Shown piece after piece: positions 54,089 to 64,000 of a stretch of 64,000 nucleotides of DNA. Position numbers and translations under genes: made by a program. Source of the stretch: an uncultured Actinomycetes bacterium (GTDB taxonomy: Bacteria; Actinomycetota; Thermoleophilia; Gaiellales; JAICJC01); the NCBI GenBank assembly GCA_963813245.1, contig CAWEYE010000003.1, positions 66,023 to 130,022 on the forward strand. The letters run 5' to 3'. Position 1 is the first letter of the stretch, and each line of letters opens with the position of its first letter. The notes beneath the pieces are model-generated. The model saw nothing but the letters and a program-made list of their open reading frames with translations, did not search any database and was not told where the DNA came from.

Positions 54089-55551
54089 GCCGTCCGCGGC
54101 CGGTCGCCGACCTCGACTGGGGGGCGGCGCAGGCCCGCGATCTGACGGACGCCATGCGCGACCTGTGGGCCGAGCTGCTCGAGCGGATGCGCGACCTGCC
54201 GGTCTCGCGCCCGTTCGCCGCCGCCGAGGTCGCCGCGGCGGCCGCCCTGCCGATCGGGTCGGAGCCGCTCCCGGTCGCCGACCTGGCCGCGCTCCTGCGC
54301 CCTCTCGTCATGGAGCAGTCCACCCTCTGCGGCCACCCCGGGTTCATGGCCTACGTGTCGGGCTCGGGCACCGTCCCCGGGGCCGCCGCCGACCTGCTGG
54401 CCGCGGCGCTCAACCCAAACGTGGGCGGGTGGACGATCTCCCCGGCGGCGACCGAGCTCGAGCTGCACCTGATGCGGTGGCTGGCCGACCGGTTCGGCCT
54501 CCCGGCCGGCGCCGGCGGCCTGATGACGAGCGGCGGCGCGGCCTCCAACCTGACCGCCATCAAGGCGGCCCGCGACGCCCGCACCGACGGTGACGTCCGC
54601 CGCGACGGCGTCGACGGCCTGGGCCTCGTCCTGTACGCGTCCGAGGAGGCCCATGCGACGATCGCCGAGGCGGCCGACATGCTCGGGCTGGGCGAGCGGG
54701 CGGCGCGCGCGATCGCGACCGACGCGGGCTACAGCATGCGCATGGACGAGCTGCGCCGGGCCATCCAAGACGACATCCGCGCCGGCCTGCGACCGTTCGT
54801 GGTGGTCGCGACGGCGGGCACCACCGCCACCGGCGCAGTCGACCCGCTGCCCGCGGTCGCCGATCTGTGCGCCGAGCACGGCCTGTGGCTGCACGTCGAC
54901 GCGGCGTACGGAGGGGCGGCCGTGCTGGCACCGCAGCTGCGCCCGCTGCTCGCGGGGATCGAGCGGGCCGAGTCGATCGCGTTTGACCCGCACAAGTGGC
55001 TGTACACGCCCCAGTCGAGCGCGTGCCTGCTCGTGCGCGACCCTCGCCACCTGCTGCGCAGCTACTCGATCGACGCCGCGTACGTGCGCGACGACGCCAG
55101 CCTGTCGGGCCGCGGCACGAACATCGGCGAGCTCGGGCCGCAGTGGTCGCGGTCGTGGAACGCGCTCAAGGTGTGGCTGTCGCTCGCGGCCCACGGCACC
55201 GATGCGTACGCCCGCCGCATCGGGCACGACGTCGAGCTCGCGCGCTATCTCGACCGGCGCGTGCGCGAGCACCCCGACCTGGAGCCGATGTGCCCGGTCA
55301 CGCTCTCGATCGCGTGCTTCCGCTACGCGCCCGCCGCCGCCGGGCTCGACGACCAGGCGCTCGACACGCTGAATGAGCGGCTGATGGTCGCGATCCGCCG
55401 CGATGGACGCGCCTTCCCGTCCAACGCGGAGCTCGGCGGGCGCTACTGCCTGCGCGCCTGCCTGGTGAACCACCGCACCGAGGCGGATGACATCGATGCG
55501 CTGCTCGCGGCGACCCTTGACCTGGGCGGGCAGCTCGTCTCAGGGCTGTAG
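54085..55551 (+). CDS. Group II PLP-dependent amino-acid decarboxylase
   Basis: HPGFMAYV, TSGGAASN, TAGTTATGAVDP, WLHVDAAYGG, DPHKW, LRAC. Confidence 0.9.
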   Translation: MSRPRPVADLDWGAAQARDLTDAMRDLWAELLERMRDLPVSRPFAAAEVAAAAALPIGSEPLPVADLAALLRPLVMEQSTLCGHPGFMAYVSGSGTVPGAAADLLAAALNPNVGGWTISPAATELELHLMRWLADRFGLPAGAGGLMTSGGAASNLTAIKAARDARTDGDVRRDGVDGLGLVLYASEEAHATIAEAADMLGLGERAARAIATDAGYSMRMDELRRAIQDDIRAGLRPFVVVATAGTTATGAVDPLPAVADLCAEHGLWLHVDAAYGGAAVLAPQLRPLLAGIERAESIAFDPHKWLYTPQSSACLLVRDPRHLLRSYSIDAAYVRDDASLSGRGTNIGELGPQWSRSWNALKVWLSLAAHGTDAYARRIGHDVELARYLDRRVREHPDLEPMCPVTLSIACFRYAPAAAGLDDQALDTLNERLMVAIRRDGRAFPSNAELGGRYCLRACLVNHRTEADDIDALLAATLDLGGQLVSGL

Positions 55552-56439
55552 GTCGCGGAGCACCTCGAGCGCAGCCTTCCGGGCCGCGCGGGACGCCGCG
55601 GAGAGCGGCATGCGCACGTCGGGAGTGGGGATGCGCCCGAGCATGTGGAGCACGGCCTTGATCACGGCCGGGCTCGGCTCGGCGAAGAGGGTCTGCACGA
55701 GCGGCAGCAGCGCGTCTGCGAGCGGGCGGCCGCCGGCGACGTCGCCGGCCAGGCCGCAGCCGACCATCGCGACGAACTGGCGCGTGCACACGTTGGCCGA
55801 GGCGGCGATCGCGCCGGCGCCGCCCATCAGCGCGAGCGGGAAGAGGAAGGCATCGTCGCCGCCCAGCACCGCCAGCCGGTCGCGGGCACCGGCGAGCACG
55901 AGCAGCGTGTCGGCGTCGATTGCGCCGACGGCCTGCTTCACGCCCGCGACGTTGTCGGTTGCGGCCAGTTCGAGCAGCGCGGCGGCGCCGAGGCCGCGGC
56001 CGGTGCGGTAGGGGATGTTGTAGACGATCAGCGGCACCGGCGAGCGCTCGGCGACAACCTGGAAATGGCGCACAACGGCCGCCTCGGACGGCCGCACGTA
56101 GTAGGGCACCACGGCCAGCGAGGCGGCCACGCCGGGCACGTCGGCCAGCGCCACGTGACGCTCGATCGTCGTGCGGGTGTCGTTCGTCCCCGCACCGACG
56201 ACCAGCACCGCCCGGCGCGAGGCGCAGACCTCGGCGCAGACGGCGACGACGGCGGCGCGCTCGTCGTCGTCCAGGGAGGTGGGCTCCCCGGTCGTCGCCA
56301 GGGTGACGATCCCGGCCGCGCCCGCTTCGAGCGCGTGTTCCGCCAGCGCTCGCAGGGCGGCCAGGTCGACGGCGCCCGCCTCGTCGAACGGCGTGACGAG
56401 CGGCACGAGGACGCCGGAAGGCCGGAAGCTCGAGCTCAC
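55540..56439 (-). CDS. DapA-family protein (second paralog)
   Basis: PLVTPF, ATTGE, VPYYVRP, VYNIPYRT, GVKQA, GDD, EPSP. Confidence 0.88.
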   Translation of the reverse strand: MSSSFRPSGVLVPLVTPFDEAGAVDLAALRALAEHALEAGAAGIVTLATTGEPTSLDDDERAAVVAVCAEVCASRRAVLVVGAGTNDTRTTIERHVALADVPGVAASLAVVPYYVRPSEAAVVRHFQVVAERSPVPLIVYNIPYRTGRGLGAAALLELAATDNVAGVKQAVGAIDADTLLVLAGARDRLAVLGGDDAFLFPLALMGGAGAIAASANVCTRQFVAMVGCGLAGDVAGGRPLADALLPLVQTLFAEPSPAVIKAVLHMLGRIPTPDVRMPLSAASRAARKAALEVLRDLQP

Positions 56440-56479
56440 GCTGCAAGAGTCTAGGCACCGGCTCGGGTAGACTCCGGGC

Positions 56480-57376
56480 ATGGCAGCGCCGTTGGGCGAA
56501 CTCTTGACTGCGATGGTCACGCCGTTTCAGTCGGACGGGTCGGTCAACTTCCCCTCGGCCCGGCGCCTGGCCCACCATCTGATCGACACCGGGTCGGACG
56601 GGATCGTCATCTGCGGCACCACCGGCGAGGGGCCGACGGTCTCCGACCGCGAGAAGCTCGACCTCATGGACGCGATCACCGACGAGGTCGGCGACTCCGC
56701 GTGCATCGTGGCGAACACCGGCACGTACGACACGCACCACTCGGTCGCGCTCACGCGCGCCGCCCTCGAGACCGGCGTCGATGCCTTCCTGGCCGTCACG
56801 CCGTACTACAACAAGCCTCCCCGGGCCGGCATCATCGCCCACTTCACGGCCATCGCCGAAGCCGCCGACGGGCGCCCGGTGATCATCTACAACATTCCCC
56901 AGCGGGTGGTCGTGAACCTCGAGCCCGACCTGCTCGCCGACCTCGGCCGCGTCCCGAACGTCGTCGCCGTCAAGCAGGCCACCGCCGACCTCGACCAGGC
57001 CCGCGCGATCGTCTCGGACACGGGGCTCATGCTGTACGCCGGAAACGACGACCTGCTGTGCCCGTTCCTGGAGCTCGGCGGTAAGGGCGGCGTCTGTGTC
57101 GCGTCGCACGTGGCCGGCGCCCAGATGCGGGCGATGGTCGAGCACGCCCGCCGCGGCGACATGGTCGCGGCCCGCGCCCAGGACGACGCCCTGCACGACC
57201 TCTACGCGGCCCTCGCGGTGACGACGAACCCGATTCCCGTGAAGGCGGCGCTGAACCTGCTCGGCCATGACGTCGGCGGCCTGCGGCTGCCGCTGGTCGA
57301 GGCGGACGCCGCCCAGACGGCGACGGTCGCGGCGGCGCTCGCGGCGGCCGGCATCCACGCCGCGGCGAGCGTCTAG
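56480..57376 (+). CDS. dapA: 4-hydroxy-tetrahydrodipicolinate synthase
   Basis: TAMVTPF, GTTGE, VTPYYNKP, IYNIPQR, AVKQA, TNPIPVK; upstream of rnj. Confidence 0.93.
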   Translation: MAAPLGELLTAMVTPFQSDGSVNFPSARRLAHHLIDTGSDGIVICGTTGEGPTVSDREKLDLMDAITDEVGDSACIVANTGTYDTHHSVALTRAALETGVDAFLAVTPYYNKPPRAGIIAHFTAIAEAADGRPVIIYNIPQRVVVNLEPDLLADLGRVPNVVAVKQATADLDQARAIVSDTGLMLYAGNDDLLCPFLELGGKGGVCVASHVAGAQMRAMVEHARRGDMVAARAQDDALHDLYAALAVTTNPIPVKAALNLLGHDVGGLRLPLVEADAAQTATVAAALAAAGIHAAASV

Positions 57377-57378
57377 AT

Positions 57379-59050
57379 ATGGCTGATCCGGTGCGGATCA
57401 TCCCGCTGGGCGGGCTCGGAGAGGTGGGCAAGAACATGACCGTCTTCGAGCGCGGCGACCGCATGCTGCTGCTCGATGCCGGCCTCTCGTTCCCGCACTC
57501 GGAGATGTTCGGGATCGACCTCGTGCTGCCAGACTTCCGCTACGTGGCCGAGCGCGGCCGACAAGCTCGAGGCGATCGTCCTCACGCACGGGCACGAGGA
57601 TCACATCGGCGCCCTGCCGTATCTCCTGCGCGAGGTGGGCACCGGGGCGGCGGTGTGGGGCACGCGGCTCACGCTCGGGATGGTCAAGTCCAAGCTCGAC
57701 GAGCACGGCCTGCTCGCCCACACGGAGCTCGTCGAGATCGACACCGACGGCGGCATCGTCGAGGTCGGCCCGTTCTCGGCCGAGTTCGTGCCGATCACGC
57801 ACTCGGTACCCGACGCCGTCGCCGTCGTCCTGCACACCGAGTACGGCGCGATCGTGCACACCGGCGACTTCAAGCTCGACGAGACCCCGATCGACGGCCG
57901 CGTGACCGACCTGCCGCGGCTCGCGGCGCTGGGCGACGCCGGCGTCGCGCTGCTCATGGCCGACTCGACCAACGCCGAGCGGCCGGGGCACACGGCCTCC
58001 GAGCGCACGGTCGGGGCGTCGCTGCGCGAGATCGTGCGCACCGCCAAGGGCCGCGTCATCGTGACCTCGTTCTCGTCGCACATCCACCGCCTCCAGCAGG
58101 TGATCGACGCCGCGCAGGCCAACGGGCGCACCGTGTGCGTGATCGGGCGCTCGATGATCCGCAACCTGAACATCGCCCGCAATCTGGGATACGCGAAGGT
58201 CGCCGACGACGGCCTGATCCGGGCCAAGCGGCTCGACGAGTTCATGCCCCACGAGCTCGTGATCATCTGCACCGGCAGCCAGGGCGAGCCCGGATCGGCG
58301 CTGACCCGGATCGCGGGCGGCGACCACCCGGCCGTCCAGATCCACCACAGCGACACGGTGGTCATGTCGGCGCGGCCGGTGCCCGGCAACGAGGTCAAGG
58401 TGAACGAGACCGTGAATCGCCTCTGCCGGTTCGGGGCGAAGGTGATGACCGAGGAGACCGACTACGTGCACGTCTCGGGCCACGGCGCCGCCGACGAGCT
58501 CTCGACGATGCTGCGCACGGTGCGCCCGCGCAACTTCGTGCCCGTGCACGGCGAGTTCCGCATGCTGCAGGCCCACGCCCGCCTGGCCGAGGCCGCCGGC
58601 GTCCCCGCGCACGCGGTGCGGATCGCCGACAACGGCACCATCCTCGAGCTGGACGGCGACGGCCTCTCCGTGGTCGGCCAGATCGACGCCGGCACGATCC
58701 TGGTCGACGGCCTGAGCGTCGGCAACGTCCGCGACGTCGTGCTGCGCGACCGCCGCCACCTCGCCTCCGACGGCGTGCTGATCGTCGTCGCGACCATCGC
58801 CGCCGACACGGCGGAGGTGCTGGCCGACCCGGAGATCATCGTCCGCGGCTTCGACGGGCCGGGCGACGACCCCGAGCTGATGCTCGAGCAGGCGCGCACG
58901 GCGGTCGAGCGGGTGCTCGAGGAGTGCCAGCAGCACCGCATCACCGAGGTGTACGTGGTGCAGCAGCGGCTCCACGACGCGCTCGCCGAGCTGGCGTCGC
59001 GCGCCACGGGCAAGCGGCCGATGGTGCTGCCGGTCGTCGTCGAGGTCTAG
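57379..59050 (+). CDS. rnj: Ribonuclease J with an apparent +1 frameshift at ~57556
   Basis: PLGGLGEVGKNM in the first frame; THGHEDHIG, HTGDFK, DSTNA, TGSQGEP, HVSGH, PVHGE in the next. Confidence 0.93.
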
Positions 59051-59166
59051 CGGCCGGTTCCCCGCCCAGCGGCCGACCCGCGAGAAGGCCGACGATGCGG
59101 CGTTAGCGGCGATGGCGCGGGCTGTGCGCGCCAGGAATCACGGCGTCGAGGGAGACGCGCGTGACA

Positions 59167-59276
59167 GGCTTCCAGCGGATGTCTCGCGGTTCATGCCAGT
59201 CTGCCGACCTTACCCCGAAGGGGCGAGGAGCCGCGGGCTGGAGGGCTGGCCGACATCTTCCCGGGGAACAGCTGCC
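59167..59276 (+). ncRNA. Candidate structured (pseudoknotted) non-coding RNA, family unknown
   Basis: Nested and crossing complementary segments found by eye; no credible ORF. Confidence 0.35.
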
Positions 59277-59320
59277 AGCGGTGCTCCGTCGGTCTCACCC
59301 CGCTGGAGTCGTGCGGATAG

Positions 59321-59353
59321 CCCAATTGACATCCACAGCGGATGTCAATTGGG
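59321..59353. repeat. Perfect copy of the 33-bp palindrome seen in the 30576-30725 array
   Basis: CCCAATTGACATCC-ACAGC-GGATGTCAATTGGG. Confidence 0.9.
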
Positions 59354-59412
59354 AGATGTCGTCGCCCCGACCGCCGAGCCGAACATCTACGCCGATCGCG
59401 CCTCGCGGCCGA

Positions 59413-60663
59413 CTACGGCAGGTGCGAGGCCTGGTACAGCGAGAAGCCCTGCTGGTTCTTGCCGCCCATGCGCGTGAAGTAGCCGCCGAACCCGACCCGC
59501 GTGCCGCCGTTTGCGATCGCGAGCAGGCCGTGGGTGGAGTTCGCGCCGGGGTTCCAGGACAGGAGCGTGTTGTCGGTGGTGTCGAACGCCGCCACGTGGT
59601 GCCGCGTCGAGCAGGGTGCCGTGCTCCCGGGCTTGCAATTTGGACCGGCCAGGTTGAAGTGGCCGCCGACGTAGAGCACGCCCTTGTGCATCGCGCATCC
59701 CGGCGTGTCGCCGTCGTCCTGCTGGGTGAACGAGTTCAGGAGGTTGCCCGTGTTCGGATCGAAGGCGCTCACGTTGTAGGACGTCTTCGTTCCGTTCACC
59801 TTCCAGTAGCCCCCGCAGGTGAAGATGCGGGTGGCGGTCGGCACGATCCGGTAGACGCGGCTCGTCTCGACCGTGGTGCACACCGGGCAGTTGGCGGCGG
59901 CGTAGATGTTCGGGTTGAAGGCCAGCACCTTGGAGCCGTCGCCGATCGGCACCGCGGCGATCTCGTTGCGGGTGACGCCGTCGACCAGGCCGAAGTGCCC
60001 GCCGAAGTAGACGCGCTTGCCGGTGGACGAGAACGCGATCGTGAAGACGCGCGGCGAACAGCGTGGGGGGCAGGCAAAGCCGGTGATCTGGCCGATCGAG
60101 GGCGCCCACGTGCTCACCGGCGCGCTCGCCGAGCGGCCGATCTCGGCCAGGTGCCGGCGGCTGAGCCCTCCGACCTTGCCGAAGTCGCCGCCGACGAAGA
60201 GGTTGCCGTTCGGGCCCAGCCGGATGACGAAGACCGACCGGTTGGCGCCCGGGTTCCACTTCGCGACCGTGCCGCCGGTCGAGACCGCCGCCAGGTTGCT
60301 GCGCGCGCGGCCGCCGACCGAGGTGAAGGAGCCGCCCAGATAGACGCGGTCGGACGCCGTCGCGATCGACCGCACAGTGCCGTTCGCCCCCGGGTTCCAC
60401 TTGAGGACGGCGCCCGTGGTCGCGTTGAAGGCGGCCACGTTCTGGCGCTTCACCTCGCCCGATCCGGGCGGTGCCCCCGGTGGCCGAACGGTGGTGAACT
60501 GGCCGCCGACGTACATGACGTTGCCGGCGAAGGTGATCACCCTGACCGTGCCGTTCGTCTGCCACGACGGGCTCGGCGGGAAGGGATTTGCCGCAAACGC
60601 TTGCCCAGCCCCCCCGATCAGCACCGCCGCCCACGCAACTGCGAGAAACAGTCTCCGTCGCAC
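59413..60663 (-). CDS. Secreted beta-propeller repeat protein
   Basis: Signal peptide (RRRLFL...AFA); repeated YVGGxF...R.N.AA...WNPGAN units; paired Cys loops. Confidence 0.8.
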   Translation of the reverse strand: MRRRLFLAVAWAAVLIGGAGQAFAANPFPPSPSWQTNGTVRVITFAGNVMYVGGQFTTVRPPGAPPGSGEVKRQNVAAFNATTGAVLKWNPGANGTVRSIATASDRVYLGGSFTSVGGRARSNLAAVSTGGTVAKWNPGANRSVFVIRLGPNGNLFVGGDFGKVGGLSRRHLAEIGRSASAPVSTWAPSIGQITGFACPPRCSPRVFTIAFSSTGKRVYFGGHFGLVDGVTRNEIAAVPIGDGSKVLAFNPNIYAAANCPVCTTVETSRVYRIVPTATRIFTCGGYWKVNGTKTSYNVSAFDPNTGNLLNSFTQQDDGDTPGCAMHKGVLYVGGHFNLAGPNCKPGSTAPCSTRHHVAAFDTTDNTLLSWNPGANSTHGLLAIANGGTRVGFGGYFTRMGGKNQQGFSLYQASHLP

Positions 60664-60859
60664 CCGGGCACCATAGCCGAACGAACCGTGAATCGCGGTG
60701 GTGCACGTTTCCGTTGCAGGACTTTCACCGTTTCCGAACAACCGCGGCTGCCGGCGGCGAACCTGTCCAGTCAAGTGGGCGAAACTGGCAGCGGCATCCA
60801 GGTCCGGATGGTTCGGTGCGTTTGCAGGGGAAGCGCGGGTGCCGCCGAACTCCTCCCCG

Positions 60860-63196
60860 ATGACCAGAGCAACGACGCGAGCACGAGGCCGCGCCGCTGG
60901 CTCACGCCCGAAGACTCGGCGCCCGAGCACCCCCACCCGCCACTCACCCCCCAGGCGGAAACGGGCGCCGAGTCGTTCGGCGCGCCAGCAACGCACCGAC
61001 CTGGTCGGGGGCGGCCTGCTGGCGCTTGGCGCGTTTCTCGGATTCGTCGAGTACCTCGGCTGGGACGGGGGGGTGGTGGGCGCGAAGATCGACACGGGCC
61101 TGCACCTCGTGATCGGCCGGGCCGGAGCGGTGGTCCCGCCGCTGCTCGTCGCGGTCGGTGCCGGCATCTTCCTGCGCAGCCCGCTCACGCGCCTGCGCCC
61201 ACTGCGGACCGGGGCGATGGTGTGCCTGGCGACGCTCGTGCTCGCGCTCTCGACCACCGACACGGCCGCCGCCGAGCGGCACGGCGGCCTGGTGGGGGCC
61301 TACGCCCGGATCGGGCTGAACGGCCTGGTCGGGCCGGTCGGTGTCTCGATCCTGGTCGCGCTCGGGACGCTCGTCGGCGTCGTGCTCGTGACCGGCGCCT
61401 CGCTGGGCGTCGCGATGCGGGCGTCGGGGAAGCACGTGGCCCGCGCCGCTGGGGCCGGGGTGCGGCTCTCCGAGGAGGTCGGCCGGCGGTATCGCGAGCG
61501 GCCCGCCGGACGGCCGGCGCTGCGTGCGGTGCCGAGCCCCGAGCCCTCGCACCCGCCGGTCGACGGCTCCCATGCCTTCGCCGACCTGTTCGGCGAGGTG
61601 CCCGATCTGGACGAGGCGCCCGAGCCGCCGGCGGTCGTCGCCGCCGATCCCGAGCCCGAGGTGTCGGCCTTCGGCGAGGACGACGACCCGCTCGACGAGC
61701 CCACGCCGGTGCTGCCGCCGTCGATGCCCGCGCCCAACCGAACGCCGTACCGATTGCCGAAGGCGTCGATCCTCAAGCGCAGCGCGGCCACCCGCGGCGC
61801 CGGCCAGGATCACGAGAAGATCGCCCAAAAGCTCGTCGAGGCGCTGGCGAACTTCGGCGTCGAGGCGCGAGTGGTGGGGATGGTGAGCGGTCCCCGCGTC
61901 ACCCGGTACGAGCTGCAGCTCGCCCCCGGCATCAAGGTGAGCCGCGTCTCCCAGCTGCGCGACGACCTGGCCTACGCGCTCGCGACGACCGAGATCCGCA
62001 TCCTCGCCCCGATCCCCGGCAAGCAGGCGGTCGGCGTCGAGGTGCCCAACCTCGCGGCCAACCTCGTCACGCTGGGCGACATCTACGCCGACCTGCCCGC
62101 AGGCGCGAGCCCGCTCACGGCCTGGCTCGGCAAGGACATCTCGGGCCACGGCGTCGCCTGCGACCTCGCCCGGATGCCGCACCTGCTGATCGCGGGCACC
62201 ACCGGCTCGGGCAAGTCGGGCTGTATCAATGCCATCCTGTGCTCGATCCTGCTGCGGGCGACGCCGGACGACGTGCGCATGATCCTGGTCGACCCCAAGC
62301 GGGTCGAGCTGAATCACTACGAGGCCATCCCGCACCTGCTGACGCCGGTCGTCACGAACATGAAGAACGCCTCGCTCGTGCTCCAGAACGTCGTGCGCGA
62401 GATGGAGACCCGCTACGAGATCATGGGTGCCGCGAAGGCCCGCAACCTGGGCGAGCTGAACGCGGCCCGGGCCACGCAGGGCCGCGACACGATGCCGCAC
62501 ATCCTGGTCGTGATCGACGAGCTGGCCGACCTCATGATGGTCTCGCCGGCCGAGGTCGAGGACGCGATCATCCGGCTCGCGCAGAAGTCGCGCGCCGTCG
62601 GCATCCACCTGGTGCTGGCAACCCAGAGCCCGCGGGTCGACGTCATCACGGGCATGATCAAGGCCAACGTGCCCTCGCGGATCGCGTTCGCCGTCTCGTC
62701 GCAGACCGACTCGCGCGTGATCCTCGACACCGGCGGCGCCGAGGCGCTGCTCGGCCAGGGGGACATGCTCTACAAGCCGCTCGGCACGTCCAAGCTGCAG
62801 CGGCTCCAGGGCGCCTACATCTCGGAGTCCGAGACGCGCGACATCGTCGATGCCTGCCGCCGCCAGGCCGAGCCGACGTTCGAGGAGGAGCTGCTGGAGC
62901 CGCCGACCGACGTCGAGCCGGAGGCCCTGGACGCCGACGCCGACCCGGTGTTCGAGGATGCGATCCGCCTGGTCGCCCAGCATCAGACCGCGTCCGTGTC
63001 GCTATTGCAGCGGCGCCTGCGGGTGGGCTACACCCGCGCCGGCCGCCTGATCGACATGCTCGAGCGGCGCGGGATCGTGTCCGGCTACGAGGGCTCGAAG
63101 GCGCGCAAGGTGCTGATCACGGAGGCCGACCTGCACCGGATGCTGGGCGACGGCGCGACCGCGCTGCCCGAGCCGGTGGACGAGGTCACCAGGTAG
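60860..63196 (+). CDS. ftsK: DNA translocase FtsK
   Basis: N-terminal TMs, GPRVTRYE, PHLLIAGTTGSGKS, IDELADLMM, SLLQRRLRVGYTRAGR gamma domain. Confidence 0.96.
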   Translation: MTRATTRARGRAAGSRPKTRRPSTPTRHSPPRRKRAPSRSARQQRTDLVGGGLLALGAFLGFVEYLGWDGGVVGAKIDTGLHLVIGRAGAVVPPLLVAVGAGIFLRSPLTRLRPLRTGAMVCLATLVLALSTTDTAAAERHGGLVGAYARIGLNGLVGPVGVSILVALGTLVGVVLVTGASLGVAMRASGKHVARAAGAGVRLSEEVGRRYRERPAGRPALRAVPSPEPSHPPVDGSHAFADLFGEVPDLDEAPEPPAVVAADPEPEVSAFGEDDDPLDEPTPVLPPSMPAPNRTPYRLPKASILKRSAATRGAGQDHEKIAQKLVEALANFGVEARVVGMVSGPRVTRYELQLAPGIKVSRVSQLRDDLAYALATTEIRILAPIPGKQAVGVEVPNLAANLVTLGDIYADLPAGASPLTAWLGKDISGHGVACDLARMPHLLIAGTTGSGKSGCINAILCSILLRATPDDVRMILVDPKRVELNHYEAIPHLLTPVVTNMKNASLVLQNVVREMETRYEIMGAAKARNLGELNAARATQGRDTMPHILVVIDELADLMMVSPAEVEDAIIRLAQKSRAVGIHLVLATQSPRVDVITGMIKANVPSRIAFAVSSQTDSRVILDTGGAEALLGQGDMLYKPLGTSKLQRLQGAYISESETRDIVDACRRQAEPTFEEELLEPPTDVEPEALDADADPVFEDAIRLVAQHQTASVSLLQRRLRVGYTRAGRLIDMLERRGIVSGYEGSKARKVLITEADLHRMLGDGATALPEPVDEVTR

Positions 63197-63229
63197 GTGC
63201 CGGGGGTGCGCGGATTACGATCCGCGTAG

Positions 63230-64000
63230 GTGACCGACGACTGGTACCCACGGCTGCTCGCGACCGGCCTCCTGGACGTGCTCGCGCCGTACCAGCCGGC
63301 GCTGGTGGGTGTGTACCCGCTCGGGATCGCCCCGGAGGGCGCGCCGATCGAGATTGTCTGCCGGGCGGTCGACATGCCGGCGTTCGCGCGCGTGCTCGAG
63401 GCGACGTACGGCGATCGAGAGGGTTTCGCGGTCTACGGCGGCAGCCTCGACGAGGAGCCGGCCGTGTTTGCCGAGTTCACCCTGGACGGCCTGCCGCTTG
63501 AGGTGTCGGCCCAGCGCGAGCACGTCCATCGCCGGCTCGGCGCGGCCACGCTGGGCGTCTCCCGCGCGCTCGAGCAGACCGGTCCGGTCAGCCGGGCGCG
63601 GCTCGCCGGAGCGGTCGCCGACGGCGCTGACTGGCTCGACGCGGCCACCGCCCAGCTCGACCTCTCCCGCTCGGCGCTCGAGTCGCTCTCGACCGCAAAC
63701 TCGGCGCTCGTCGCCCGGGTGATGGGCGTGCCCCGGCCGGGGCCGAAGCTGCGGGAGTACGCGCTTGCGCTCTCGATCGGAGTCGGCGCCGACCTCCTGA
63801 TCGTGGCGGCGGGCGCGGCGCGCGGCTCACAGAGCTACACCGGGCTCATGTTCTTCCTCCAGGCCGGGGTGCTCGGGGTCATCTTCGGCGCCCGGCTGGG
63901 GGTGGTCGCCGCCCTCGCGCCGCTCGTGGCCATCGGGCTTCTGATCGCCTCGAGCATCGCCGTCGGCAGCGAGACGTGCAGCCCCGACTGCGCGCAGCAG
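63230..64000 (+). CDS. DUF4269-like domain fused to C-terminal TM helices (runs off the window)
   Basis: LLDVLAPYQPALVGVYPLGI...IEIVC...L...YG.REGF; open to the window end. Confidence 0.55.
   Translation, partial: MTDDWYPRLLATGLLDVLAPYQPALVGVYPLGIAPEGAPIEIVCRAVDMPAFARVLEATYGDREGFAVYGGSLDEEPAVFAEFTLDGLPLEVSAQREHVHRRLGAATLGVSRALEQTGPVSRARLAGAVADGADWLDAATAQLDLSRSALESLSTANSALVARVMGVPRPGPKLREYALALSIGVGADLLIVAAGAARGSQSYTGLMFFLQAGVLGVIFGARLGVVAALAPLVAIGLLIASSIAVGSETCSPDCAQQ

Noticed and set aside
57379..59050. Programmed frameshifting or pseudogenisation of rnj, dtd and carB
   Set aside because: No slippery heptamer or other decay; the genes are otherwise intact, so sequencing error is more parsimonious
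59167..59276. Assignment to a known RNA class (HDV, twister, hammerhead, SAM-IV, ZTP, raiA)
   Set aside because: I could not place the conserved core nucleotides of any of these by eye

Overview
High-GC bacterial chromosome segment. Gene order (mihF-gmk-rpoZ-coaBC; rimP-nusA-ylxR-infB-DUF503-rbfA-DHH-truB-ribF-rpsO-pnp-M16-dapB-dapA-rnj-ftsK), Gram-positive-type LexA boxes and many apparently leaderless genes point to a deep-branching actinobacterium (Thermoleophilia/Gaiellales-like; this is inference). Most of the window is housekeeping: a pyrimidine operon (pyrR-B-C-carAB-pyrK-pyrD), translation/RNA-processing genes, lysine genes and a MoxR-DUF58-transglutaminase cluster. Accessory material includes a decayed ~2.4 kb element integrated at tRNA-Arg(CCG) with an 18-bp att duplication, a truncated IS481-family transposase, an orphan PIN gene, an SOS-controlled YneA-like operon and a beta-propeller + ubiquitin-like (MoaD/ThiS) gene pair. 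The least explained signals are (i) a three-unit array of 33-bp palindromes with unique 25-26 nt spacers (30576-30725) beside a Cys/His-rich unknown gene, with a perfect fourth copy at 59321, and (ii) a compact, potentially pseudoknotted non-coding sequence at ~59167-59276. Seven apparent +1 single-base insertions, mostly in conserved genes, suggest uncorrected sequencing errors rather than true pseudogenes. All calls were made by eye from motifs; no database searches were run.
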